Assembly: GCA_963815115.1 (NCBI GenBank) | Contig: CAWFFN010000008.1 | Coordinates: 224,001-288,000, forward strand | Length of the DNA: 64,000 bases | Source of the DNA: an uncultured delta proteobacterium | Lineage (GTDB): Bacteria > Desulfobacterota > Binatia > DP-6 | Reading direction: 5' to 3' | Shown here: positions 9,975-20,303 of the stretch, piece by piece | Numbering within the stretch: position 1 is the stretch's first letter | How the letters are laid out: each line of letters begins with the position of its first letter | The notes under the pieces: generated by a model | Database searches by the model: none | The model's input: only the letters and a program-made list of their open reading frames with translations | What the model was told of the DNA's origin: nothing | Program-made: the position numbers and the translations under genes

Positions 9975-10061
9975 CCCCTTCGGAGCTCCCTTTGGCGCGC
10001 GGGGATTGCGTCGGATAAGGCCTTTTCCGTCACCTTTCACGAAAAGGGCGTTCATGGCGCC
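9975..10061 (+). repeat. 87-bp dispersed element, copy 3
   Basis: Identical to 2527-2613. Confidence 0.95.
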
Positions 10062-10336
10062 TAATCCGCGACGACAAGGACGCCGTGTTCCGCACCTACT
10101 TCATCAACAACCGCGGCGACGAGCAGATGGGGAGCACCTGGAACTACCTGGACATCACGCCGCTCGGGCGCCAGGAGGAGTGGGAGGATTCGCCCAAGGG
10201 CTACCCGCAGAGCGCGCCGTGCAAGTGGTGGAACCGGCACGACGCCTACGGCGACGCGCAGTCATCTCAATGGCCGACCGTCGTCGATCGCAGCCTCGTG
10301 CTCCTCGAGGGTGAGAAGGAAGGCAAGGCCACGTAA
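10062..10336 (+). pseudogene. C-terminal fragment of a DUF899 (thioredoxin-like) protein
   Basis: IRDDKDAVFRTYFINNRGDEQMGSTWNYLDITPLGRQEEWEDSP matches the DUF899 C-terminus and begins immediately after the repeat. Confidence 0.8.
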
Positions 10337-10482
10337 CGCAGACGAGATTCTTGTGCGGTCCACGCGTGCAACGTGTCCGCGCGGGGGACGTCCGGGTAAT
10401 ACTGCGAGGCGATGGAGCGAAAGGGCCTCGGCGACCCGCTTCTCATCCTCGAGCCGGGCGAGAGCTGGCACTACGCCAAGCC

Positions 10483-12813
10483 CTAGGCCGCGGCGTCCTT
10501 CGCCGGCCGCACGGCGAGGAAGCGCGGCCGCACCACCACCAGCGCCGCCGGCAGCGTGACCAGCGCCGTTGCCGCGCTGGTCGCCATCCAGAGCGCGAGC
10601 AGCACGGCCATCTCGCCGACGAAGCGCAGCTCGGTCAGCGTGAAGCAGAGGACGCCCGCGGTCATGGCGATGGCGGTGAACGCGACGGTGCGGCCCGCGC
10701 CGGCGATCGCCTCGCGCACGGCGTCGTCGAGCGCCATGCCCGCGCCGGTGCGCTCCTGGACCCGGCTCAGGATGTAGATGCCGTAGTCGATCCCGAAGCC
10801 GACGCCGACGGCGATCACGGGGAGGGTGTCGAGGTCGAGCCCGATGCCGCGCGCCGCCATGTAGCCGTTCACCACGGCGTTGGCGAGGACGAGCGGCAGA
10901 ATCAGGAGCAGCGCGGCCGCGAGCGAGCGGTAGGTCAGGATCGTCACGACGAGGATGACGCCGAAGGCCGCCACCGTCATCCGGGCGTCGCTCCGCAGGA
11001 TCTCGTCGTACACCGCCGCCATGACGCCGATGAGGCCGCCCGCGAGGCGGAAGTGCGCGCCCTCCAGCGGATGCGCGGCGATGTAGCGCTGGGCGGCGGC
11101 CACGACGCTGCGCACCGTCTGCACGCTGTGATCGCTACAGAAGAAGGTGAGCTGGCCGATCCGGAAGTCCGGGGTGAAGAAGCGCGCGCTGGTGCTCGGG
11201 GGGATGAACCCCCAGTAGGTGAAGAAGGTCTCCGCCACCTCGCGCTCGGTGGACGGGATCACGCCCCACTTGGGCTCGAGCTCGTTGAAGCGCTCGCGCA
11301 TGCCCATCATGATGTCGACCGGCGAGATGCTGTAGCCCACCATCGGCAGGCGCTCGAGCTCGCGCTGGAATCCTTCCATCGCCCGGAGGAGCGCCGGGTG
11401 GTAGAGCGCGCGCGGCGCGTCGCCCTCGACGATGACCACGAACGGCTCGCTGCCGCCGAACCGCTCCTGCACCGCGCGGTGGCTGCGGTTGAACTCGGAG
11501 TCGGGCGCCAGGATGCGCGACGCGGAGCCGGGATCACCGATCTCGAGCCGCGGGATCAGCCCGGCCCCGATCGCCGCCAGGGCCCCCGAGGCGAGGAGCG
11601 CGACCCAGCGGCCGCGCGGGCCGGTCACCGCCGCCGCGAGGCGCCGGCAGCCGCGGGCCAGCAGGCCGGCGTCGCGCGCCCGGATCGTCTCCACCTCGGG
11701 CGCGCGCAGGTGGCGATAGACGATCGGGTTCAGCAGCAGCTCGGTCACGATCAGCGACAGCAGCCAGAGCGTCGCCGTGAACGCGAGGGCGCGCAGGGCC
11801 GGGATGGCGACGATGGCGATGGCGAGGACGCCGAGCGCGTCGGTCATGATGCCGGCGATCGTCGGGGCGGCGAGCCGGGTGAAGGAGCGCTGCACCGCGT
11901 CCTCCTTCGCGACGCCGGCGGCCAGCTCCTCGTAATAGCGGTCGTGCATCTGCGCCGAGTGGCTCACCGCGCGGGCGGTGATGAGGAACGGGATCACGAG
12001 CGTCAGCGGATTGAGCGCGAAGCCGGAGAGCTGGACCAGCCCGAAGCCCCAGATGGCGGCGAGTCCGCCGGAGATGGTCGGCCGCAGCGCCCCGCGCCAG
12101 TCGCGGAAGTAGCGGTAGAGCAGGACCCAGGTCAGCACCACGGCGCCGGCGAACGCCAGCAGCACCTGCCACTGCAGCGCCAGGATCCACCCGTTCTGGC
12201 GTGGCGGCCCCGCCACCGAGACGGTGGCGCGCTCGTCCGCCAGGGGGAGGATGGTCTCGTTCACCGCCGCGAAGAGGCGCCGCGCGTCGAGGCGGTGCTC
12301 CGCGAAGCCGGCGCGGATGACGGCCGCGCGCTCGTCGAGCGACACCAGGTTGCCCAGGATGTAGCCCGACGCCAGCACCTGGTGCTCGATCTGCTTCGCC
12401 TCCTCGCCGCTGGTCACCGGACCCGACATCACGGGATCCCCGGTCATGCGGCCGCCGCTCTGCACCTGGATCACGCGGGTGAAGCGGCTCGCCAGGGAGT
12501 CGATCTGGTCGTGGTTCACGCCCGGGAGGCGGTCGACCGCCTCGGTGGCGCGGAAGATCGTCGTCAGGATCTCGGGCGTGAAGATCGTTCCCGAGCGCGC
12601 CTCGATCATGACCGTGAGGACGTTCGCCTCCCCGAAGTTCTCGTGGAAGCGGTTGTGCACCTCCATGAAGGGATGCCCCTGCGGGAGGAGGTCGCCGGGA
12701 TGGAAGTCGAGCTCCAGCCGTGCCGCGAACACGGCGAACACCAGGGTCACCGCGAGGACGGCGGCGACCACCAGGCGTCCGTGCGCGACGAGCCAGGCGG
12801 CGAGGCGGGCCAT
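10483..12813 (-). CDS. MMPL/RND family transporter
   Basis: 776 aa with two-fold internal symmetry of TM and periplasmic halves, and a GFGIDYGIY motif. Confidence 0.92.
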   Translation of the reverse strand: MARLAAWLVAHGRLVVAAVLAVTLVFAVFAARLELDFHPGDLLPQGHPFMEVHNRFHENFGEANVLTVMIEARSGTIFTPEILTTIFRATEAVDRLPGVNHDQIDSLASRFTRVIQVQSGGRMTGDPVMSGPVTSGEEAKQIEHQVLASGYILGNLVSLDERAAVIRAGFAEHRLDARRLFAAVNETILPLADERATVSVAGPPRQNGWILALQWQVLLAFAGAVVLTWVLLYRYFRDWRGALRPTISGGLAAIWGFGLVQLSGFALNPLTLVIPFLITARAVSHSAQMHDRYYEELAAGVAKEDAVQRSFTRLAAPTIAGIMTDALGVLAIAIVAIPALRALAFTATLWLLSLIVTELLLNPIVYRHLRAPEVETIRARDAGLLARGCRRLAAAVTGPRGRWVALLASGALAAIGAGLIPRLEIGDPGSASRILAPDSEFNRSHRAVQERFGGSEPFVVIVEGDAPRALYHPALLRAMEGFQRELERLPMVGYSISPVDIMMGMRERFNELEPKWGVIPSTEREVAETFFTYWGFIPPSTSARFFTPDFRIGQLTFFCSDHSVQTVRSVVAAAQRYIAAHPLEGAHFRLAGGLIGVMAAVYDEILRSDARMTVAAFGVILVVTILTYRSLAAALLLILPLVLANAVVNGYMAARGIGLDLDTLPVIAVGVGFGIDYGIYILSRVQERTGAGMALDDAVREAIAGAGRTVAFTAIAMTAGVLCFTLTELRFVGEMAVLLALWMATSAATALVTLPAALVVVRPRFLAVRPAKDAAA

Positions 12814-12907
12814 GTCGGTTCGCTAGCACCCGCGCGGCACGACCGGCAGCGCGCGACGGTGCCGCCGGGCACCGGGCATGCGGCGGGCCGGCCGGCGGAT
12901 GCCGGAG

Positions 12908-13878
<971 letters not shown>

Positions 13879-13882
<4 letters not shown>

Positions 13883-14799
13883 TGCACGACTCCGGCGTAG
13901 ATGTCCATGACGCCGCGGAGGAAGTCGAGCGCGTCGGCATGCTTGCGCTGGAAGGAGTTGCGTCCGATGATCGAGCCGAAGCCGCCGCCGTCGCGGATGG
14001 CGCGGATCTCGTCCATCATCGTCGAGGTCTCCTTGGCCTCGCCGCCCGAGAAGATGACGATGCGGCGGCCGGCGAACGCGCTCTGCACCACGTGCCTCAC
14101 GCGCTCGGTCGCCGTCCCGACCGGAATCTTCTCCTTCTCGTAGACCTTCTTGGCGGCGTCCTGCTCGATGTGCGCCGTGGGCAGCTTCACCTTGATGACG
14201 TGGGCGCCGAGCTGCGCCGCGATCTGGGCCGCATAGGCGACCACGTCGATGGCCGTCTCGCCTTCCTTGGAGATGCCGGCGCCGCGCGGATACGACCAGA
14301 CCACCACCGCGAGACCCTTGCGCTTCGCCTCCTGGGCGAGGTCGCGCAGCTCCTGGAGCATCACGTTGCGCAGCGACGAGGCGGGATAGATGGTGAACCC
14401 GATGGCCGCGCAGCCCAGCCGGAGCGCCTCGTCGACGCTGCCGGTGAGCGCGGAGCAGGGCTCGCCCTTCGACAGCGAGTCCGAGTTGTTGAGCTTCAAA
14501 ATGAGCGGGATGTCACCGGCGAACTCCGCGGCCCCGGCCTCGAGGAAGCCGAGCGGCGCGGCGTAGGCGTTGCAGCCCGCGCCGATGCCGAGCTCGAAGT
14601 GATAGCGCGGGTCGTAGCCGGCGGGGTTGGGCGCGAAGGAACGCGCCGGACCGTGCTCGAAGCCCTGGTCGACGGGCAGGATCACCATGCGCCCCGTGCC
14701 GCCGAGGCGGCCGTGGTTCAGCATGCGGGCCAGGTTGGTGAGCGTGCCGGGGTTGTCGCTCCCGTACCAGCTCAGTATCTCGCGCACTCGCTCTTTCAT
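13879..14799 (-). CDS. fbaB: Class I fructose-bisphosphate aldolase (DhnA family)
   Basis: [18 protein letters not shown], Schiff-base IKVK and [20 protein letters not shown] precedes ATG 14799. Confidence 0.95.
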
Positions 14800-14836
14800 G
14801 GTCCCTCCGTCATCGGGTCTTTCTGATTCTCGCGCC

Positions 14837-15094
14837 CTAGGACCGCCCGCAGCGTCCGCCGCCGCAGTCCGGACGTCCGCAGTGCTCGCGCTCGAGCCAC
14901 ACGGCGTAGCCCACCCGCTCCAGCTCCGCCTCCGCGACCCAGCGCAGGTCCTCGGGGTCGAGCTCGGCCTCGCAGTGCATGCACCGTCGCCGATCCTCGC
15001 CCCGTTCGTCGACGGCGACGACGACGAGCACCTCCTTGTCGCAGCGCGCGCAATGCCCGAGCGGAAACTCGCCGTCAAGAGGAGCACCGGTCAT
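14837..15094 (-). CDS. Small Cys-rich putative metal-binding protein
   Basis: CARC, CMHC and a C-terminal HCGRPDCGGGRC. ATGA coupling to the Mut7-C gene. Confidence 0.7.
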   Translation of the reverse strand: MTGAPLDGEFPLGHCARCDKEVLVVVAVDERGEDRRRCMHCEAELDPEDLRWVAEAELERVGYAVWLEREHCGRPDCGGGRCGRS

Positions 15095-15594
15095 GGCTGC
15101 TCTCCGCCGGCGGCGCCGAGACCGAGGGCAGCGAGCTCGTCGAGCATGTGCGCGCGGTGCGTGGCCGGCCAGTACGTGCGCCCGCAGCGCGGGCAGCGCT
15201 GGAAGTGCTCCTGGGTGGCGAGGACATAGGGCGGCACGTGCGGCGCGGCCTCGTCGCGGGAGACGGCCTCGAGCGCACGGTTGCAGTTGAGGCAGCGATG
15301 GAGAAATTCCCCGCCGAGTGGGATGGCGGCTGCCACCTGCCGGAGCTGCTCGCGGAAATGATCGCTCGCCACGAAGAGGTGCGGCGGAAGCTCCGGATCG
15401 CGCAGCAGGCGCGTGTCGCGCGTGAGCAGCAGGCGCCCCTCCCGCCGGGCGCGACCGACCAGCGAGCGGCCGCTCAGGTGCGGCCCATAGGCCACGTCAT
15501 GCCCGAGGATGCGCAGCCAGCGCGCCAGCCGGCCGAGCATCTTGTCGACCGCGAAGGCTCGAAGAGCCCCCACCGGCGCCTCCGCTCCGGTCAT
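15091..15594 (-). CDS. Mut7-C RNase domain protein (DUF82, PIN fold plus Zn ribbon)
   Basis: FAVDKMLGRLARWLRILGHD, LLTRD, RCLNCN and CPRCGRTYWPATH. Confidence 0.93.
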   Translation of the reverse strand: MTGAEAPVGALRAFAVDKMLGRLARWLRILGHDVAYGPHLSGRSLVGRARREGRLLLTRDTRLLRDPELPPHLFVASDHFREQLRQVAAAIPLGGEFLHRCLNCNRALEAVSRDEAAPHVPPYVLATQEHFQRCPRCGRTYWPATHRAHMLDELAALGLGAAGGEQP

Positions 15595-15616
15595 GGGGCG
15601 CACTCTACGGCGTCCG

Positions 15617-16696
15617 CTAGCCGCTTTGCAATTTCCCCCGCTCGACGGCGAGGGCAGCCAGCGAGCGGAAGGGATCGGGCGCCCCGCGCGCCGCGGCGAC
15701 CAGCGCGCGGAGCCCCGGGCCCGGATCGGTGTCGGCGGGGGCGAGCGCCGCGAACTCGTCGAGGCGGGTGGCATAGAGCAACGCACCCAGCAGCCGGGCG
15801 TTGTTCGGCGGCAGCAGGTCGTCGCCGCCGTCGAGCCCACGGCGGGCCAGGGAGCGGGCTGCGGCCCTCGCCAGCGCCGCCCGCCTGAGCTCGCGCTCAT
15901 GGAGGTCGGGATGGCTCGCATAGAGCCGCCGCAGGCGCGCGGCCAGGCGCTGCAGCACGCGGGCCCGCGCCTGCGTCGCGGCCCACGCGGCCCGGGCCGT
16001 CTCGCAGCGCGCGGCGTCCGCTCCGGGACCGGTGCAGAAGAAGGCGATCGCGCCGCGCTCTCCCGCGAAAGTCGCCGCCGATTCGTTGAACGCCGGCTCG
16101 CCCGCCACGTAGAGCGTCTGGTGGAAGAGCTCGTGCAGGACCGTGGTCACCAGCGACACCGGCCCTGCATCCGCGGTGGTGGACAGCAGCGGATCGGCGA
16201 ACCAGCCGAGCGTGCTGAAGGCCGTGGCGGGGCGCACGTCGACGTCGAGGTCGCGCTGCGCGAGGCGGTGCGCCTCGGCCCTCGCGGCGCCGGGATCGAA
16301 GAAGCCGCGGTACGGGACCCGGCCCGCGATCGGGTACCACCAGGTGTAGGGCTCGAGCCGATCCCGGTACGCCGCCGAGACGACCTGCACGGTCGTCTCT
16401 CCGGGCGACACCGCGGCGTAGGTGGTGTAGCTGTCCCCCACCTCGAAGCCCAGCTGGTCGCGCGCGAACGAGCGCGCCGCCAGCACCAGCGCGAGCCGCT
16501 CGCGCAGCTCCGGGGTCACGTCCTGACGGGCCATCACCCGCGGGATCGGCTCGCGCCGCAGCAGGATGCGGGCCTCCGCCAGGCCCAGCCGCGCGACGTA
16601 GAGCGGCTGGCCGCAGGCGGCGAGCAAGAGCGACAGCCCGACGACGGGCAGCAGCCGGCGCGGAGCGCGCCCCGCCGCGCCCCGCGGCCGCGTCAC
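15617..16696 (-). CDS. Lipoprotein zinc aminopeptidase (DUF2265-like)
   Basis: Lipobox LLAAC, PYRGFF, AFSTLGWFADP and HELFH...FNESAA. GTGA coupling. Confidence 0.88.
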   Translation of the reverse strand: MTRPRGAAGRAPRRLLPVVGLSLLLAACGQPLYVARLGLAEARILLRREPIPRVMARQDVTPELRERLALVLAARSFARDQLGFEVGDSYTTYAAVSPGETTVQVVSAAYRDRLEPYTWWYPIAGRVPYRGFFDPGAARAEAHRLAQRDLDVDVRPATAFSTLGWFADPLLSTTADAGPVSLVTTVLHELFHQTLYVAGEPAFNESAATFAGERGAIAFFCTGPGADAARCETARAAWAATQARARVLQRLAARLRRLYASHPDLHERELRRAALARAAARSLARRGLDGGDDLLPPNNARLLGALLYATRLDEFAALAPADTDPGPGLRALVAAARGAPDPFRSLAALAVERGKLQSG

Positions 16697-18486
16697 GGCC
16701 GCCCCGCCCTCGCACGCCGCTCCGGCACCTCGCTCCCGGCGTACTGTAGCCGGTAGAGCTTGGCGTAGATGCCGTCGCGGGCGAGCAGCTCGACGTGGGT
16801 GCCCGACTCGCGCAGCTCGCTCTTGTGCAGGACGAGGATCCGATCGGCGGCCTCGATGGTGGAGAGGCGGTGGGCGATGACCACGGCGGTGCGGCCGGCG
16901 AGCAGCTTCTCGAGCGCGTCCTGCACCAGCCACTCCGTCTCCGGGTCGACGCTCGAGGTCGCCTCGTCGAGGATCAGGATCGCGGGGTCGTGCGCCAGGG
17001 CGCGGGCGAACGCCAGGAGCTGGCGCTGGCCGCCGGAGAGGTTGCTGCCGCGCTCGCGCACCTCGGCGTCGTAGCCCCCGAGCCGGTGGACGAAGGTGTC
17101 GGCGTTCACGTGTCGGGCTGCCGCCTCGAGCCGTTCGCGCGAGATGTCGGGCCGGCCGAGCGTGAGGTTGTCGGCCACGCTCCCGTTGAACAGGAAGACG
17201 TCCTGCAGGACCACGGCCGTCCGCCGCCGCAGCGCACGCCGCTCCCACTCGCGCACGTCGACGCCGTCGACCAGCACGCGGCCGCGCTGCACATCGTAGA
17301 GCCGCTCGATCAGCTTGATGATGGTCGTCTTCCCCGAGCCCGTCGCACCGACGATCGCGATCCGCTCGCCGGCGGCGATGCGGAACGAGACGTCGCGCAG
17401 GACCCAGTCCTCGCCGCGATAGGCGAACCAGACGTGCTCGAAGACGATCTCGCCGCGCGGCGCGGGCGGCCGACGCGGCGTCGCGGGCTCGGGCTCCGTC
17501 TCCTCGTCGAGCAGCGCGAAGATGCGCTCGGCCGCGGTCATCGACGACTGCATCACCGCGTACTTCGAGCTGAAGTCCCGGATGGGGACGAAGAACTGGT
17601 TGATGTACTGGATGAACGCCAGCACCGTGCCGATCTCGAGCGCGTGCACCTGCCGGAGCCGCGCGCCCTCGAGCAGCATGGCCGCGACCGACACCGTGCT
17701 CACCGAGTCGACGATCGAGAACAGCGCCGCCTCGAGCTTGTTGGAGAGCTGGTTCGCGTCGCGATGGGACGCGTTGAGCTTCTCGAACTCGGCGTAGCAG
17801 CGTCCCTCGCGCGCCGAGAGGGCGATCACGGACATGCCGGAGATCGATTCCTGGAGGTAGGCGTTGATGCGCGCGATGCGCTCCCGGATCTCGCGATAGG
17901 TGCGCCGCGCCATGCGGCGGAAGAAGTCGATGGCGAACGTCATGGGAGGCAGGAGAACGAGGCTCGCGAGCGCCAGCCGCCAGTCGATCCACAGCATGAA
18001 GCCGATGACGCCGACCAGCTTGAGCCCGTCGAGCGCGATGGTCATCGCGCCGGCCGCGAACATCTCGCTGAGCACGTCGACGTCGGTGGTGACGCGCGAC
18101 ACGACCTTGCCGACGGGGTTGCGGTCGAAGAAGCGCATCGGGAAGCGCTGCAGGCGCTCGAACACCGCGCCGCGCAGATCGGCGAGGCTGCGCTGCGCCA
18201 CGACCATGGTGAGATACTGCTGCCCGTAGAAGGCGAGGAACTCGCCCGCGATGGCCCCCACGAACCACAGCCCGAGGCGCGAGAGCCCGGCCACGTTGCC
18301 CGGCTCGACGTAGCGGTCGATCCCGATCTTCAGGAGATAGGGCTGCGCCAGGCTGAGCACCTGCTGGACGGCCGAGAGGAACAGCACGAGCCACGCCACG
18401 CCCCGATAGGGCTTGACGTACCCCCACAGCCGTCGGATGAGACGGCCGTCGTAGGCCTTCCCGATCTGCTCGTAGTCGCCCGTCAG
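16693..18486 (-). CDS. ABC exporter ATP-binding/permease subunit (MdlB-like), probable CTG start
   Basis: GKAYDGRL N-terminus, TM domain, GATGSGKT, LSGGQRQ and LDEAT. Confidence 0.92.
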   Translation of the reverse strand: MTGDYEQIGKAYDGRLIRRLWGYVKPYRGVAWLVLFLSAVQQVLSLAQPYLLKIGIDRYVEPGNVAGLSRLGLWFVGAIAGEFLAFYGQQYLTMVVAQRSLADLRGAVFERLQRFPMRFFDRNPVGKVVSRVTTDVDVLSEMFAAGAMTIALDGLKLVGVIGFMLWIDWRLALASLVLLPPMTFAIDFFRRMARRTYREIRERIARINAYLQESISGMSVIALSAREGRCYAEFEKLNASHRDANQLSNKLEAALFSIVDSVSTVSVAAMLLEGARLRQVHALEIGTVLAFIQYINQFFVPIRDFSSKYAVMQSSMTAAERIFALLDEETEPEPATPRRPPAPRGEIVFEHVWFAYRGEDWVLRDVSFRIAAGERIAIVGATGSGKTTIIKLIERLYDVQRGRVLVDGVDVREWERRALRRRTAVVLQDVFLFNGSVADNLTLGRPDISRERLEAAARHVNADTFVHRLGGYDAEVRERGSNLSGGQRQLLAFARALAHDPAILILDEATSSVDPETEWLVQDALEKLLAGRTAVVIAHRLSTIEAADRILVLHKSELRESGTHVELLARDGIYAKLYRLQYAGSEVPERRARAGRP

Positions 18487-20228
18487 ATCGCCTCCAGCTC
18501 GCCCTCGAGCGACTGCTGGCGGAAGAGATCGGCGTAGGCTCCGCCGCGCGCGAGCAGTGATTCGTGATCGCCGAGCTCGGCGACGCGGCCCTCGTCCAGC
18601 ACCACGATCACGTCGGCCTCCTTCACGGTCGTCAGGCGATGCGCCACGAGAATGGTGGTCCGCTCGTGCAGGAAGCCATGGAGTCGATCCAGGATCTCCC
18701 GCTCGGTGGCGGCGTCCACGCTGGACAGGGCGTCGTCGAGCACCAGCACGCGCGGGGCGGCGGCAAGCACCCTGGCCAGGGTGACCCGCTGCTTCTGGCC
18801 GCCGGAGAGCGTGATGCCGCGCTCCCCCACCACGGTCTCGAGGCCGCGCGGCATGTCGGCGATGTCGCGGCCGAGGCCTGCCGCCCCCACGGCCCAGCTC
18901 ACATCGCCGTCCCCGTCGTCGTCGCCGTCCAGGGCGAGGGCCACGTTCTCGCGGATGGTGCGCGAGAACAAGAACGGGTCCTGCGGCACCAGGCCGACGT
19001 GCCGGCGGAGCCACCCGAGCGGCAGGCTCCGGACGTCGCGGCCGTCGAGCAGGACGCTGCCCGCTTCGACGTCGAAGAGCCGCGGCAGGAGCTGCACCAG
19101 GGTGCTCTTGCCGGCGCCCGTCCGTCCCACGATGGCCACCGTGCGCCCGGCCGGGATGGTGAGATCGATCCCGTCGAGCGCGGGCGGCCCGTCGCGCCGG
19201 CCGGGGTAGCGAAAGGTCACGCCGCGGAGCGCGATCTCACCGCGGAACGGGTCCACTCCCTCGGCACCCGGCGGGCTCGTGATCGCCGGCTCGACGGCGA
19301 ACAGCGCGTTCAGCCGGGCGAGCGCGGCGCGGCCGCGCTGGAGCACGGACAGCATCCAGCCGAGCGCCATGGTGGGCCAGGCCAGCAGATGGAGGTAGCC
19401 GATGAACGCCACCAGGTCGCCGACCGACAGCCGGCCTTCCACCACGTGGCGGCCGCCCAGCCACAGCACCACGAGGGAGCCCACCCCGCCGACGACGTTC
19501 ATCACCGGTCCGATGAAGCCGCGCACCCGCGCCAGGCGGAGATTGGCGTCCTGGAAGCGCGCGTTGAGCCCGGCGAACGCGGCGATCTCGTGCTCCTCGC
19601 AGGCGTAGGCCTTCACGACGTGGATGCCGGCGAGGTTCTGCTGCACGCGGCTCGAGAGCTCGCCCAGCCCCTCCTGGACCCGCAGGGTGCGCTCCATCAG
19701 GAGGCGGCTGGAGCGTTTCACGAACAGCAGCGCCAGCGGGTAGACCGCCAGGGCCGCCAGCGTGAGCCGCACGTCGAGCGACAGCATGATGGCGAGGCCG
19801 TACACGTAGTACACGGGGGTGTTGATGAAGTTGAGGATGCCGGGCCCGAGCAGCATGCGGACCGCGCCGACGTCGTTCACCAGCCGGGACATGAGATCGC
19901 CGGTGCGCCAGGTCTGGTAGAAGCCGAGCGGCAGCGTCTCCAGGTGCCTGAACAGGTCGTTGCGCAGGTCGTACTCGATGTCGCGACCCACGTTGAAGAT
20001 GACGAAGCGCGACACCGTGCGCACGACCGCCTGCGCGCTCGCGATGCCGACGATGAGGGCGAGCGTGGGCGCGAGCGCGGCCGGCGTCCGGCCGGCGGCG
20101 ATGCCGTCGACGACGGACTTCAAGAGCCAGGGCACCGTCATGGTGAGGCTGGTCGCCCCGACCAGGCACACGATGCCGCCCACCAGCCGGAGGCGATAGC
20201 GGGCGAGGTACCCCCACAGACGGGCCAT
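18483..20228 (-). CDS. ABC exporter ATP-binding/permease subunit (MdlA-like, degenerate site)
   Basis: TM domain, GRTGAGKS, LSGGQKQ and degenerate Walker B LDDAL. Confidence 0.94.
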   Translation of the reverse strand: MARLWGYLARYRLRLVGGIVCLVGATSLTMTVPWLLKSVVDGIAAGRTPAALAPTLALIVGIASAQAVVRTVSRFVIFNVGRDIEYDLRNDLFRHLETLPLGFYQTWRTGDLMSRLVNDVGAVRMLLGPGILNFINTPVYYVYGLAIMLSLDVRLTLAALAVYPLALLFVKRSSRLLMERTLRVQEGLGELSSRVQQNLAGIHVVKAYACEEHEIAAFAGLNARFQDANLRLARVRGFIGPVMNVVGGVGSLVVLWLGGRHVVEGRLSVGDLVAFIGYLHLLAWPTMALGWMLSVLQRGRAALARLNALFAVEPAITSPPGAEGVDPFRGEIALRGVTFRYPGRRDGPPALDGIDLTIPAGRTVAIVGRTGAGKSTLVQLLPRLFDVEAGSVLLDGRDVRSLPLGWLRRHVGLVPQDPFLFSRTIRENVALALDGDDDGDGDVSWAVGAAGLGRDIADMPRGLETVVGERGITLSGGQKQRVTLARVLAAAPRVLVLDDALSSVDAATEREILDRLHGFLHERTTILVAHRLTTVKEADVIVVLDEGRVAELGDHESLLARGGAYADLFRQQSLEGELEAI

Positions 20229-20268
20229 CCGATCCTTGTAGCGACGCGTCGCCAGCCGACGCAACGAG

Positions 20269-20303
20269 GAGTCCGACCCGAGACTCCGTCTCGGGTCGGA
20301 CTC
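20269..20303 (-). repeat. Perfect 16-bp-stem hairpin (REP-like or terminator)
   Basis: GAGTCCGACCCGAGAC-TCC-GTCTCGGGTCGGACTC directly after the stop codon at 20304. Confidence 0.85.
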
